The notes under the pieces are model-generated. The model searched no databases, was not told where the DNA came from, and saw only the letters and a list, made by a program, of their open reading frames with translations. A DNA stretch of 64,000 nucleotides, taken from NCBI RefSeq assembly GCF_036321535.1, contig NC_087447.1:51958001-52022000 (forward strand), in the 5' to 3' direction. The position numbers and the translations under genes were made by a program. The stretch is from Camelus dromedarius (Eukaryota). Positions 20,483 through 35,807 of this stretch are shown here, piece after piece (the stretch's first letter is position 1; every line of letters begins with the position of its first letter).

Positions 20483-23400
20483 TCATTAACCTATAAATGC
20501 TTCTAAGATCAGGTGTTATGGTAAAATTTTATGTTTCAAAAGTACTTTGCAATCATTTGTTAATGTCACATCACCGAGGTAGACAACACTTTTCACTCCA
20601 CAGACAGATGAAGGACACGGGGAAGTTAAAGTGATCTGTCCAAGACTACCCAAACAGTAGCAAATTCTGCCATGCATTCATGGGCTTTGGTCACTTGATC
20701 CTTATTCTTCTAAGTTAGTTACATACTTATATACAGAAAACACGTCTCATGAAGCTGCAGAAAAATTTCTAATAACTTTACTAATTTTCTTTAAAGATAT
20801 TCATCTTCTATGTCTTAGTATGTTAGTGATAATGCTTTTTTTTTCTTACCAAAACCATATTGTTCAATACATAGAGGAGTATTATAAAAAGAGATTTCCT
20901 ACTAGATTAGACTGGAAGCTACATCAAGGCAGGAACTGCATCTTATTCAACCTTTATCTCCAGTGACTACTCAAAGTAGATGCTTCCTATATGAAAATCT
21001 ATTGTTTGAAGGTATAAAAATACACCCCTGAGCAATGGAGTGAGGAAAAACGTCTACTTCTCTGATTTGCGCCTACTGGAAGGTGTCCAGAGTCATTTTT
21101 CTGAAAAGCTACACAGCCTTGGGAGCCCACCCACGCATGTTCTAGTTCCACTTAAGATCACACACCAGAAAACGGTATATTCATGATTCAAACTCAGATT
21201 CTAATACGCAAGTCTGGAATAGGGTTATTTTAGGAAAGGCAGAGGAGGAGGAAAACTCTGAAAATATTTTTTATTATGTTATTTGGTGGGGGGAGTTCTT
21301 GAGTTATACCATATTGATTAAAATAAGTTTATAGCTTCTCAAATGATCTAAAAATACAGTTTAAAACTTAAGTGCCACAATGGCTCCTCTAGGATTAAAG
21401 ACTATATCCTATTTCCTCACAATTAATAACAATGACTACATGTATTGGTATTTTAAACAGTTAAGATTTGAAAAGAAAAGATGAACTGCAACTAGGTGAG
21501 TTACGATCAAGCGAGATGAGTAAGACACAGTATCTAGCATAAAACTTCAAATTAGTAAGAACTCTCAGGAATAATGGAAGGAACACAGTCTTGAGTAACT
21601 GAAATGTTTGGTAGCTGAATCAAGTTTAAGTTTATGAGGTATAGGGGCAGGGTATACTTTGATTTATTGAGAAAATGAGAGGAAGGGCATAACAGAACAC
21701 CTGCCACAAACACCCGCAGGATCTGAGCTGGCTGCCAGAAATCGAGCACCTAGCTTCAGCGGGCTCTCAATTTCTCATACATCGATGTCAAAACACTGGC
21801 ATGTCTGGAAACTGAATTCAGAAGAGGGATTCCACCTGTAGCATTTTCCTTGCCTTTGCTTTGATAAATGGAAAAATCTACTTCTAAAAAACAAGTTTTC
21901 TAAGGAATATGCATTTGTTTGATTGTTGTTAAGTTAATTCTACGGTAGCCAGATTATGGAAGAGATGGTACAAAAATTGTGGAACTAGTTACAGATTTTA
22001 TTTGCATGTGGCATGTAGAAACAGGAAGTGAGAAAATTCTTAAGACACCTGGGGTGGCAACTCTGTGGCAGAACACTAGCAGAGGTAACAGTCTTGAAGA
22101 CTTTTAAGGTCCTTTCTAACTTCAAAATACTATAATTACCATATAAAAGGGAGCAGATTCCAACTGTTAAACTTCAAGCAAGTTAATTTTAAAAATCTTA
22201 ACTGGTTTTCTTCAATGATTCAAGAATTGGGCAGCAACCCATGTAGCAAACAGAAAAGGGCTCCGAATAGCTGTACAAAATCAAAGATTTTTACAGGCAG
22301 AAGTGGGTGGGATAAGGGTGTTACCAGTAGAGAATGGGTTGTTTCAGGCAAGGTCACTCTTCTTTGGAGAACGAATGGGGTCTATCAGGCAGATTACCTC
22401 ACTAGTGCTGGCAGGTAAATCTAGATTGACTGGTTTAAAAGTCCACTCCTGGGAGAGAATTAAGTTAGGTATTAAGCCTCAGTTTGGTGATGTGGGCTTA
22501 GCCACATCATTTTGGGCCCGTTGTCTCTTTTTTTAATTCCATTTTGGGCCTATTATCTCTCTTTCTCTTCTTTTTAACAAAACAATAAATATTTATATTT
22601 GGAGATGTTAAGAGTCTGAAAATCTTACTTGGAAAAGAATAGTACTGAAATGATTAATAAAGACCAGAAAAGGTCTAAACCAACAATTAAGATTTGTAAA
22701 TAGCTATGAATATTGTCTTGTAGACAGAAAGAAACTGAGGTAAAATGCATCAGCTTGACAACAATCAGGCTCACCTACCTAACAGCAAGGCTCAGAACGA
22801 AGGCAGGAAAGTGGGAAGGGAACCGAGCATCTACTCCATACAGATACTGAACCTTTACGGTTTCATTTCATCCTTACAGTAACCCTGTGAAGTAGTTACT
22901 ATCATTCTATTTTATAGCCAAGAAAAACAAGACTCAGAGAGATTAACTATGCCTAACGTCATTACTGGTAAATAATTCAAGGGCCAATTTTAGGCTTTCT
23001 GCATCTCTGAAATCTAGTTCCTTCATTAGCAAAAGGCAAGTTTGTAATCTGACCTTACCTTTTCCTGAGGACAGCAAAAGAATTAACAATATTGTTGATA
23101 TAATCATACCAAGATCCTGAATGAGTCTTACTATAGAAATGTAAATATTTTGTATAAATATTGAAAAGTAGTTGAAGAAAGGGTCTGCAGAAAGAAAGCC
23201 AGAATTTAGGAATGCAGACAGATGATTTTCTCCAAGCAGCTTAGATTTCTGCAGTTAGTGGCGACCTCAGGGACCACTTAACTCAAGCCCCTGATTTCAC
23301 ACACACAGAAACTGAAGCATAATGGTTAGGAACAAAGCCCCAGCTTTATGCTTCTAACCGTGTGCACGTAGTTAAATTGGTTAACATCTTTAAGCCTCAG

Positions 23401-23694
23401 GCCTGGAGGAGTAATAGAAAGGTAGTAAGAATAGTATTTAACACACAGGGTGTTGTGGTGATTACATGAAACAATATACATCAAAATCTTAACACAGTTA
23501 TCTGGCACACAATAGGTAATAAATAAGTGACAGGCATCATTATTACTATTTTTCAAGGACTCAAAGGGCGCAAGTAGTCTTCTGAGAACCTGTTCATTGT
23601 CTTACCACCCTTCTATAGCACCCTGGAAATACAAGTGAAAACTGTAACACTCAGATCCACAGCTAGAATGAGTCATCAGGGGCCACATTCTTAC

Positions 23695-23721
23695 CATTGG
23701 TAGGCTTCTGTCAGTCCTGAT
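23695..23721 (-). CDS. NARS2: NARS2 27-nt exon
   Basis: tttgacag|ATCAGGACTGACAGAAGCCTACCAATG|gtaag encodes (R)SGLTEAYQ(W); phase 2/2 fits both neighbours. Confidence 0.93.
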
Positions 23722-25596
23722 CTGTCAAAGGAAAATAATAAAATTCTCTCAGAGAATGGCAGTAAAATACTAGTGACAAAATATTTATTCTGGGTTTTGT
23801 GCAAAGTGCTCTTTAAAAACAAGTATGCACCAAAACCTGTGGCTCTTCAATAACACGCAATACAGTTGAGAAGCTGAACCTTTATTAAGTGGAAAGAAAG
23901 GTAACCTAACCAATAGCAAGTTAACCAAAAGTCCAAGGTATTGTTAAATACTAAATGATACAGAAAGAATGGTCCAAAGCCCGAAAGAAGGGGTTCATTT
24001 GAGGTAAGTTTTTTATCCTGTGACATAAGAAAAGCACTATTACCACTTAAGGGTGTTGAAAGGCAAGCACAGACAAGGGATGAACAAACACAACTTTCAT
24101 TCTATAATATTAAAACAATAATATAGGTTCTGAGGCTGCCTTCATAATATGGTTGTAAATTGGTTTTTGCCAATTTGAGAAATGTTACTAAAAAGTTAAA
24201 CTCCTAGTACTCATTAAAATTAATTTCAAGGCCTTTAGAAAAGTGTTTGGAACCACCGTGTATCTCAAAATGATCAGGATTATGAAAAATTCAAATATAT
24301 AAAAATATGGAAAAATATGAACAGAAGTCACAGAGAGATCCCTGAGATATGGGAACACATATATCCACTTCATTAGGAAAGATAAATTTGGGTATTATCA
24401 GATATTGGGTAAACATTTCATGTTATGAGGAAAGGTTTCCTGAAGGAAGGAAGCAAGCAAAGAAAACAGACCAATTAATCTCTCAACAGATGAGGTTTCT
24501 TGCCATGTGTGATTTTTATTGTGCTTAAAAAAAAAAAAATCCCAGAGAATCTTCAAATTCTTTCTATCTAAGGAGTTTCACCTTCACTTCAACTCCATGA
24601 TTTTCCTAGGACCACGATAGCAACAGTAGGAGTCAGTAGTCTAGTTGATGGAAGAGTCCTCCCAGCACGTATTTATCCCCTTTCTTCTGGACCCTAACCA
24701 AATAGAGCAGTTCAAATGGCTGGGATTACAAAACCAAGTTACCCAACAGATTTACAGGTTGGGATCTTGGAAAAGGATCAACTTTTTAAGCATTTCTCCA
24801 TTAGGAAAAGAAGATCTTACAAACGGCTAATTTAACAGGATATTTTCAAACAATCATGACTTTTCCAGGTTACTATGAAACCCAGTATTGTCCAGAGAGA
24901 AGGATTAAGCCTTCAACATGGGAAAGACTTTTTTTTTTTTTTTAAGTCTGGCACAGGAAAAGTAGAAACCATGGAAAACAGAGGTTTATAACCTTGGTTA
25001 GTTTAGGAAGTCACTGTGGTTTGTTGGCAGACCATGCATATACAGGAGTGGTAGTTCAATTAGAAACATGATTCCCTACTTCCCATCTCCAAAACATTTT
25101 CTGTGTGTTTATGGATTCATTTCCCAGGTCTCAAACAGTGAGTTAAAGTAAAGTTATTCAAATACCTAAATCAAGATGCTTACATAGTAGAAAACCTGAG
25201 TAAAGGAAAACTGTTTATTCTAAATGCTAGCTTAGCAAATATTTTTAGTATCTTCCTTCCTCCATCTTTATCCTTTCCCAGGTTCAGAACCTGCCTTTCT
25301 CTGTGCCCCTGTAGGAGTCTGCCAATCATAATTTAGAGTAAAATATATTTTTAAAAAACACACAAAGAAAAATGAAGAACAACCTTTAAGGGGGGAATTC
25401 TCTTTTCCTGTCTCATTAATTTTTTAAAAAGCTATTTCCATATGGAGAGATACATACAAATAGTGAGCAAAAAACCACTGTGTTTCATATAACAGTTCCA
25501 GTCTTTTAGAAAAGGAAGCTCAGAGAGGTATGGACAACCTGCTCAAGATCACAAAGAATCTGAGATACAGGGGTAGTGGGCGGTGAGGGCAGATGG

Positions 25597-25695
25597 AGGG
25601 GGAAAAGCTCAGTGGTAGAGTGCATGCCTAGCATGCACGAGGTCCTGGGTTCAATTCCTACTATCTCCACTGAAAAAAAGGAAAAAAAAAAAAAG
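25597..25695 (+). mobile_element. tRNA-derived SINE
   Basis: AGCTCAGTGGTAGAGTGCATG...GGTTCAATTCC followed by an A-tail. Confidence 0.85.
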
Positions 25696-25750
25696 GGAGA
25701 TCCAGGTCTGTCAGGTGCTAAGGCCCATGTGCTATTCTGTTATTCTGTCA

Positions 25751-25909
<159 letters not shown>

Positions 25910-28900
25910 CTAAAAAGGAAAACTGTCATAAATAACATTCCATTTTCAGGGCATTCCAACAACTGTGAGTTGTGGAACTTTTAACATTTTGACAACTGGC
26001 TATTTAACTGTTTACCAGAGTTTCATTTAAGGTACCTGATCATGTTCATTGTTTCAATGTCAAATGTTTAAATTATCTTTAGAATACAAAAATGCAAGTG
26101 GACAGTTTCCCCTCTTGCCCATTTATGTGGCGTACTTAAAAATGTGTTTTCTGCACAAATGTGATATAAATGTTAATTTAAAAAATGTGGAAAGTATTAA
26201 AATTATGAAAATACTAAAAATCACCTACTACCATACAGAAGCAATTACATGTTGGCATATTTTCTTTCAAGTTTGTTTGCTTATCCACTTAAAAGAGTAT
26301 AGTAGACATTAAATTACATATGAAATTTACCATTCTAATTGTCCTAGTTAACGTTAAACAATAAATATTTTCCTAGGTCAGTAAAAATACTTTGCATATT
26401 TAATATTTTAAAGCTGCACAGTTTATTCTTTAGGAGTATCACATTTTATTTAACTGCTTTACTTTGGTTGAACATTCAGGGATGTGTGTGTTTGTGTTTC
26501 CTCTTATAAATAATGTGGCAATGAAGTTTGTTAGGACATGTAAAATATGTTCTGATTATTAATCAAAGAAGTACAGATTAAAACAAAGAGATAACTGCCA
26601 TGCAGTTATCAAAACAGGGAAGATAAGAAAATAACATAAACAATACAGACTAGAGAATGCATAAACTAATCCTCTCATACATCTGATAAGTCCTTTCTGG
26701 CCAGCAATTTGGCAAAAGACAATCAAAAGCTTCAAAAAATGCAATATGCTTTGATGCAGCAATAGCATTTCTAGGAAATAGTTCTAACAGAATAATCAGA
26801 GATGCAAAAAAAGATCAATGCACAGGATGTTTATTACAGTGTTACTTAGAATAACAAAAAATTCAAGTATACATCAACAGGAGACCATTAGATAAATTTT
26901 AGACACAAACAGAAAAAGACTGACATCTACATAATGAGATGCTTATTGTATTGCTCTGATTTATTTGTATTTTCTAATTTTTTTTTACAATAAAGATATG
27001 TTACACTTTCATAATAAGAAAACAAAAAAATTTTAATAGGGGAAAATGGTACCTTGATATTTTAATTTGTATTTCTTCACTTACTAGTAATATTTACTTT
27101 TTTGAGAATGTTTATTTGCTGCCTATATAACTCTGTGACTTGGCAATTCATTTTTTTGGGGGGAGGGGCAGGTAGACATTTCTAAGACCAAGAATCTGAA
27201 GGAACAAAATTAAGAAAGATTTAATGTAACAAATGAAAAATCAGTAATCCATAAAACACATCTAATAACACATAAAACATTCAACTTTTGATTTCAAAAT
27301 TTTCATTGAGATATGCTTTATAAATAAGTGTGATTAATAAATAAGATAAAAATTTAAGATTGTGTGCTAAATGCTATATAATCCTCATTACTATCATTAA
27401 AGAGAAAGCATCTGACATGATTGTCATTTCTCAGCTGAATCAGAGAGCAAACAGAAATTCACCAATGGTTTCTACTTCTACTGCATCTCCTACCACTCAA
27501 TAAGCTGGTGAGGAGTAAGCGTACAAACAGGTTTCTTTCACACTACCACTGCTGGTTGACTCCATTTTAGTAATTCTTCTATGAACTTGGAGGACTTACA
27601 ACGAATAGGCAAATATTTCAGAACGTGGATTTGATGACTCAGATGTGACAGTAGGTAATGAAACAAACAGGTGGACAAGAGAGCTTTAGTAATACGATGA
27701 GGAAATTCTCATGGGCTATACAATTAACAGAGTTAACAGACTCCAACAGGACCCTGCAGTTAACCCCTTCCATTCTCAAATAAAGGCGTTTTTATGCCAC
27801 AGAAGACCTGGCATCTTTATTTCCTAGTACCTTGCTTTTACACATGGCTAAAATATGCTAGGAGCTGAGAAACACATGATGAAAAATTTATTCTTAACTT
27901 CAATCCAGAGTTTTAAATTTAGAATTACAGGCAATCAGGGTTGGAAGAGAACAGACAAGCAAGTGGCTCTCTGGCCTCTGCTTGAAAGTATTTAAGCAAA
28001 TATTCAAATAAACATTTATCAAATATTTAATATTATAACACTGAAACATTTATTAATATTTAAAGTGCTAATATTAATAAACAAATATTTAATAAATAAA
28101 ATATTTAAGCATGGGAACCACTACCCCTGAAATATAGCATTCCATCCTTCCATATAGCTCTATTTGAAAGGGTAGGTATATCCAAAATCTGTAATTTTGA
28201 AGGTTTTGAAGTAGGGGCAATTCCAAGTCACAAAGGTCGACAGAAATTGATTCTGGTACTGCAAGTATATGCAAATCTTTAAGAACCAGAACTAAAAAAG
28301 TCTGCTGCCTCGAAAGAAAAAAAAAAAATACTAGAGAATGAGCTATTATGGAAGAACAGGAAGTAGGCAGTTCAGCTGAGGCTGGTGGCCAGTGATGAGG
28401 GATTGAACCAAGCCTTGATGAGCTGTTCTGTTTATAAGTATCAAACAAGAGATACATTTCTTTCGTAGTCTTGCTGCTAACACAACTAAAACAAGCAAAA
28501 ACCCTTTTGTGATCTTATGTCAATTTTGGACCTTAGTTTTTTAAATGCTATTTTTAGAGAAGTGTAAAAGACTCATATTTATCTTTGATTACAAACCTCC
28601 TTTATGTTAATATTTGACTTCCTTGGAGAATTCAATGTGCAACCATATTAGTTTTAGACCTTTCTGTCTGGTGTTTGTTTATCTGGCATATTTGCAGCTG
28701 CACAGTAATAGTTGTGAAATTGGAAGCTTCTGACCCTTCTGAATCACCTTCACAATCTTATGCCACAGTATATCTACAGTTTTCTTTTCTGGATTCCTTT
28801 CAAACCTATCTTCCTAATAACCATGGCACCTAACTGGTTAAGCCCAACTATTTCCACACTGGCTATTCTAAAATGAATGTGATAGCTGCTGTATTAGTCA

Positions 28901-28959
28901 GGATAGCCTAGGTTATGGTAATAAACAAGCCCAGAAGCTTACAATAGGGCCCCTTAATC

Positions 28960-29170
28960 TCAGGATCAGCGACATTTTTGGCCAGATAATTCTCTGTTGT
29001 GAGAACTTGTCCTGGGCATTGTGGGATATTTAGCAGCATACCTGGCCTCTACCCACAACAGATGCACTCTCCTAGTTGTGATGACCAAAAAAAGTCTCCA
29101 GTTATTGCTGAGTATCTCCTGAGCAGGGGTAAGGGGGAACAAATAACCCTTTAATTGAGAACTACTGCAT
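28960..29170. mobile_element. MER20-like DNA transposon relic (related copy at ~48270-48480)
   Basis: GACATTTTTGGCCAGATAATTCT...TTTAGCAGCATACCTGGCCTCTACCCAC...TTGAGAACTACTG. Confidence 0.7.
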
Positions 29171-29329
29171 TGCAACAATGAATTGGCTTTTTAAAACTTA
29201 CACTACATGTCCATCCTGGCTTGAAACTGATTTTAAAAAAAAAATCTCTTTCTGAAGTATTTCTGATCTTGTGGCCGATGGAAAAAAAGAGCATGATGAC
29301 AATGTAGTGAAAGTTTCATAATGTTTAAG

Positions 29330-30182
29330 TCATAAATGTACATACACACATAATTTTTCATATTCTTTTTCATTATAGGTTACTACAAGATATTGAGTAT
29401 AGTTCCTGTGACATACAGAAAAAACTCATTTGCCTATTTTATATATAGTAGGTAGTATCTGTAAATCTCCAACTCCCAATTTATCCCTTCCTTCCCTTTT
29501 TCCCTCGGTAACCATAAGTTTGGTCTTTCTGTGAATCTGTTTCTGTTTTACAAATAAGTTCAATTCGTGTCTTTTTTTTTTTTTTTTTCAGATTTCACAT
29601 ATAAGTGGTATCATATGATATTCTTCTTTCTCTTTCTGGCTTACCTCACTTAGAATGATGATCTCCAGGTCCAGCCATGTTGCTGCAAATGGTATTATAT
29701 TATTCTTTTTTTATGGTTAAGTAGTATTCCATTGTATATATATATACCACAACTTCTTTATCCAGTCATCTGTCTATGGACACTTAGGTTGTTTCCATAT
29801 CTTGGCTCTTGTAAACAGTGCTGCTGTGAAGATTGGGGTGCGTGCGTCTTTTCAAATTACAGTTTTCTCTAGATATATGCCCAGGAGTGGGATTGCTGGA
29901 TCATATGGTAACTATTTTTAGTGTTTTAAGGAAATTCCATACTGTTCTCCATAGTGGCTGCACCAATTTACATTACCACCAACAGTGTAGGAGGGTTCCT
30001 TTTTTCCCACACCCTCTCCAGCATTTATTATTTGTAAACTTTTTAGTGATGGCAATTCTGACTCGTGTGAGGTGATACGCCATTGTAGTTTTGATTTGCA
30101 TTTCTCTAATAATTAGCAATGTTGAGCATCTTTTCATGTGCCTCTTGGCCATCTGGATATCTTCTTTGGAGAAATGTCTCAA
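29330..30182 (-). mobile_element. LINE-1 3' fragment
   Basis: Minus-strand ORF2 peptide [32 protein letters not shown]...[16 protein letters not shown] plus 3' UTR. Confidence 0.92.
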
Positions 30183-32939
30183 ATAGTCTATTTTAGTTGA
30201 ATATAAATTTTAGAAGAGAAAGTCTTACATCACTACTAATTTTGTGACATGCAGAAGGAAGACATCATCACCTATATCCATTCTTTGGATGGTCTGCAAA
30301 TTCGCACTCTCAGGCAGGGGCATTTCCTGTATGTTTTCTTGACATGGAGAGTAAAGCTGCCTCCCTTCTTAGGAGGTGTGTACCTTTTAAGTAAGGCATT
30401 CCTCTACACCACCTCATCAACGTTCCATGATCACAGGACACTATTTTCTTTTTTATCAAGGCCAGGCTTCTCTCTTTGTGAAGAAAGGCCTCCAAAGCGT
30501 TTTTCTCCTATCTTGCTACATATACCCTTCTCCTTTTCTCTTTTACTTTAGGTTTAATTTCTCTTCAACCATATCAGATTGGAATATGTTCTGCTTTCCT
30601 TTATCATGATATCTTCCAATCTACTAGAGATTCTGCACACTTTCTGAGAAGCTATAATGAAAGTATTCCTCAACTATAAATAAAGACGTTTACATTTGGT
30701 AGGCACAGAGCTGCACATTCTTCTGATAAGATATAAAAAATACTGCATTCTCTGGTAACCACTAGGCTAATTACTACAGAAACTGCCTGTTTCTCCAGGG
30801 TTCTAGGGGAGGTAAAGTGTACATAAAGATACAACACAAACCATGACTTACGGACGAACAAAGCACAAAATGTGGAGGGATTCACACAAATTTCTTAAGA
30901 ACTAATGAGAAAAACTTGGTTGCGTGTTTGCCAAGTGTTGGGCGGTGAGGGGGTTAGAGTGCAAACAGGTTGGAAACAAGAAATGTGCCTAGATCTTTGG
31001 CATGTGATTACAGTATGCCTTCATGGGCTGGCTGGTCTGTGGTTTACAGGAGTCTGAACCTAACTCAAAGGGCTGGGGGCTGAGCAATCTTGCCCTTGAA
31101 TAGTAAGTGAGAATTCAGAGGTTGCACAGGGAAATATCCTCTTAAATAATTCAGAGTTGACCAAATTTGTGCACTTCCGGGGCTAAAATCTCCACTGTGT
31201 TCCTGTGCATCTTTAGGAGACTTGAAGTAAGTGGAAGGAGTTTGGTCCTGCTATCCTTTCACTTTCCTACAGTTCTCAATGAAGGCTACAAATGATCTTT
31301 TTTACTACATCCTTCGTTAACTTCCCTAGTCCTAAAATGTATTCCACTTTGGGCACATCTTCCTCCACTGTGTATGAGTTCTGATTTTGCTTAAGTCACA
31401 CAGCTGCAGTGGCATGCTGTCTAGAAATAGTGTGTGTTGGTATTTAAGCTCAACAGCACTGGTCTCTATGATACTCCCCTTTGACTCCGACTCTTTGATT
31501 CCAATCATTGTACTAAAAAGAAAACTCAGCACTTGAATTAAAAAGCAAACAGGCTAGACAGGAACAAGGCCTTTAATAAATTACTTTTTCTATGCTAAAT
31601 TCAAGGGGGGGGGAGTTTAATGTCCCTTCCTCTGCTCTCTTTCTACTGATCTCAGTATTTTAAAATATTGACGAAAAACACAAACCAAACACCTCGCGCT
31701 ATTCAGTGTCTCACAGGCTGTTACCAACAATGGAGCAACATTACATACTATTATCAAAAGAAGACTGTTCCACAAGCCATAGGAAATGTACTTGTGGATT
31801 AAACCTCTGCAAGCTTTTGCTCTAACTGCTGACACAGACAGTATCCGGCTCCTAAAAGCAACGAGCTGCAGCTGGGAAAGAGAGCCTTCCAGATGTGATG
31901 GTATGAAGACAGTATGAAGGTGCAGATGGGCTGCAGATAGCAAGGACTGAAAGTGGCCTTTGGCTAGTAAAATGGCCAGTCTGGGAGCATTTTACATGGA
32001 CTGAAATGCATACTTTCAGCTTTGACATAAATTCCCAAAGCAGTCATTAGTCTTAGATAGGGGCAAAATTGGAAATTCCCTTCATCACTATGTCTGTTGG
32101 TTTGAGGCTGGAGATTATTTTGATGCACGTCAGTTAACTACCCCCGGCCCAGGGTTCATTAGATACCCCTTAGTTGAGTATTTTTCCTTCCAAGTTGACT
32201 TCACAATATGTACTTTATCAAGTGCCCACTAATGCTTAATTTTTTATGATTTACTAAGTAATACGGATACAATTTTAAAAGTTAGAACATCACCTGGTGA
32301 TCTTGGCATCTTATTAGGGACTGCTGGGCAGTCACTTTTCCTAAACACACATGGCTGAATGGAATGAATAGATATTCTTCTCTGTGAAGCCAATACCCTA
32401 GCTGAATATTTGCTATCTGCCTTTGGGGGGCTTACTCAGGAACCCAAATTCAGGGGCATATAGCATTTTGCATGTTTGCTTATTTTCATTTTATTTGAGC
32501 CTATGATTTGACGTCTTCGAATTATTAAATATATTTGGTAATGCACCAGTTATTCTTAGATATCCAAATGAGGGAAAAAAGCTTAGGCCATCTGAAATCA
32601 GAGAATTTTAGAACTAGTGAGTACACTGTAGGTCATCTAATCCAATTCTCTAATTTTATGGAGGGAGAAATGAGGCTCAAAGATTAGAGAGACTTGCCTA
32701 AGGCCATACAGATAACTAGTAAGAGGGCTGGATTTCAAGCCCAGCACTAGTAACTTCTTAGTCTGGTTCTTTTCACTTTTCACTATAACATAGTACACAT
32801 CTTCATTTTTTAAAAGGGTAGGGGGCGGTGAGGGGGAGAAAGAAAGAAAAACTGTAACTGTAAAAGTATACCATTTTACTGTTCATTATCTCTGACCAAA
32901 TGTTGCGAGCATAGGTTAAACATTTCCCTGCACTTCTCT

Positions 32940-33069
32940 TTTCTTTTTTTTTTTGAGGGGGGAGGTAATTAGGTTTATTTATTTATGTTTAGGGGAGGTA
33001 CTGGGGATTGAGCCCAGGACCTTGTGCATGCTAGGCATGCACTCTATCACTTGAGCTATATCCTTCCCC
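32940..33069 (-). mobile_element. tRNA-derived SINE
   Basis: Reverse-complement copy of the same family with a T-tract. Confidence 0.85.
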
Positions 33070-34059
33070 ATTTCTTTTCATTTCCTAGAGAAGGCCACTG
33101 TGAAACACACCTTTTACTTTTTTTTAGATTGCCTTGCACCCTTTGCAGAAACACATGCAACCCTACTCATAACCTGTTATTGCCCCCTACTAAAAGAAAC
33201 ACAGAATTTACTTAGCTGACCTCAAAATTGTTCATTCACCATTGAAAAAAATAAAGTTGGGATGGCAGCAGATACTTTATACAAGTGGGTTGAAAACAAA
33301 TCTAGTTTGCTAATGAATCAATGTTATATCTATGCTTAACACACGTAGTTTAAATAAATTATTATTTTAATAATTTAGCTCTGCAAAGCTGTAAGCTATA
33401 GTACAGCATAAATTACAGAAGTACACTAAAATTCATCGTAATGCCTTCAGGTTTCAGGCTGTGAGACCATATTACTAGAGAGACTTGTCATAATGAAGGC
33501 TTCCCAGTACTTCTAAAGGTAATGTTTGTGACTGCAGCCCATGAGGGAATTGCCTTTTAAGGAATCTTATGGAAAGGCATGTTACACACACACACAACAC
33601 ACACACACACACACACAGAAATATCTTAACATTATTAAGCTTTAACACAATAAATATTTTATAAAAATTTAGAAGGAAAGAGGACTTCACACTTATTACC
33701 TACTATCCCAAACACTGTGTTATGTACTTTTTATATATTGTTAATTATGGGTTAATTTAATCTTCACAATTCTAGAAAATATTATCATCTTATTTTTATA
33801 GATGGGTAACTAAGACTCAAAGAAATTAGGTGGTTATCTAAGATCATATAGTTTATAACAAACAGACATGGGACCTGAACCCTAGAGTGCCTTACTCTGA
33901 AAGCCACTGTACTTTCCTTTATGCTATGTTGCCATCACTGAAAAAAATTTAGGGTAAAAGCTGCTCTTTAGCTTCCCAGGATTTTTCTTAGAAAATCAGG
34001 TCACTCAATCCCTATCTACTGTGTGTCTAAAACTGTGTTGGGCTCGATTCATCCACTCA

Positions 34060-35420
34060 TCCAACCACCTACCATCATCAAATAGATATTAGGTGTCTGT
34101 TACGTCCCAAGCATTATGCTCGGCACTGGGGATACACTGATAAGTGGGGAAAAGAAGACCTCAAGTCCTTGGGCATAGAGGAAAGAGTTATTAGTTAAAT
34201 AGTGGTGCAAAGTTATGACTGCGTTAAGGTTATGATGGATTAAGAGTTTGTAGCTTTGGGTCTGAAATTTAACATGGTACCAGTGTAGTGTCTAACAGGG
34301 GTCTCGGACTCATTCTGGAGGATCAAGGGAGATTTCTCTGGGGAAATGCTTACTGAAATCAGATCTGGAGAGTAAGTAAAATTACTTCAGTGAGGAAGAT
34401 TGTTCTAGATTGAAGGAAGACTGTGCAAAGATCCTGTGATGAGAGAAAGTCTAGCCTATCTGAAGACATGAGTTAGGAAAAGCCAGACTACACTGGGGCT
34501 TGTAGACCATGGAAATTATCTTGACTTTTATCTTAAGAGCAGTAGGAGGCCACTGAATGGTTTTAAGAAGGAAGAGAACATAATCAGATTTTCATTTTCT
34601 AAAAGCTCAAGCTGAAATGGGAAGAACTGACTCAGAGGAGGAAGGAATGGTTAAGGGCAGGCCAGTTAGGAGGGTACTGAAGCAGTCTGGGTAAGAGATG
34701 ACAGCATGTTAATCTGAAAAGGTTAAAGTGGAAATAAAGAGAAGTGGGTGGACATGAGATGTACTTAGGAGTATGAAAATGACAGAACTTAGTAACAGCT
34801 TCAATATGGGAAGTACGAGAGGATTTCAAAGATGACTCAGGTTACCTGGCTTATACAATCAGAGGTACACAGAACAGTCAAAGAAAATCAAATTTGGTGG
34901 GAAGAGGAGGAAGGAAGTGAAATCACAGATTCAGTTTTGGGTATGTTAAGTTTGAGATGGTTTTGTGATATGTAAATAGCAGTAAGATGAATCCAGAGCT
35001 CAGAGGAGAAGCCTGGATTTCGAGATATAAATTTCTGAGTTGTGTGAAAACATACAGTTAAGCTAGCTGTGAGTACAGATGAAACCACCTGGGGAGAGAA
35101 AAGAAGACCCAGGACGGAGCCTTGAGGAATTCCAGTATCTGTGGATTAGTAGAAGAGGATGAACCCGTATAGAAGACTGAGAATAACCCACTGAGAAAGG
35201 AGGAAAACTGGGAGAATGCTTTCACAGAAGTCAGAGGAGGAGAAACTTTTCAGAATAAGAAAGTCATAAATAGTGCTGAATAATGCTGAGACGTGAAGTA
35301 AAAGAAAGACTACTGGACTTAATAACATGACAATCATTACTGATCCTAGAGCTTCAGTGATGTGATTAGAGGGGATAATTGGAGGTATGATTAGAAGTCA
35401 CATTAGAGGGACAAGGAATG
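34060..35420. mobile_element. degraded L2 element
   Basis: Purine-rich antisense L2-type sequence (TTCAGTTTTGGGTATGTTAAGTTTGAGATG etc.); boundaries approximate. Confidence 0.6.
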
Positions 35421-35645
35421 AGTGGTAGATACTGGGCTTATAAGACACTCATTCACCATCCTGAAGAGGTTTTTCATTTAAGAAAGCAATAGTTACACAG
35501 AGACCACAAAATACAGACACAATGCAACCAGTTTTTACCAGTTCTTTAAATGCTATAGAAATCCAGAAAAGGAATGCTCAAAGTGACTAGGTAACCTAGG
35601 GAAGTCTTTACAGAGAAGGAAAGCCTAAGCAGAATATATATATAT

Positions 35646-35807
35646 GTTTTGTTGTTTTTTTTAAATTTTTTTGGCGGGGGAGGTAACTAGGTTGGTTGGT
35701 TGGTTGGTTATGTATATATGTATGTATGTATTTAATTATTTATTTATTTAACGGAGGTACTGGGGATTGAACCCAGGACCTTGTGCTTGGTAAGTGGGCA
35801 TTCTACT
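35646..35807 (-). mobile_element. tRNA-derived SINE, 5'-truncated, with simple-repeat tail
   Basis: GGAGGTACTGGGGATTGAACCCAGGACCTTGTGC core with (GTTG)n/(TATG)n in the tail. Confidence 0.8.
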
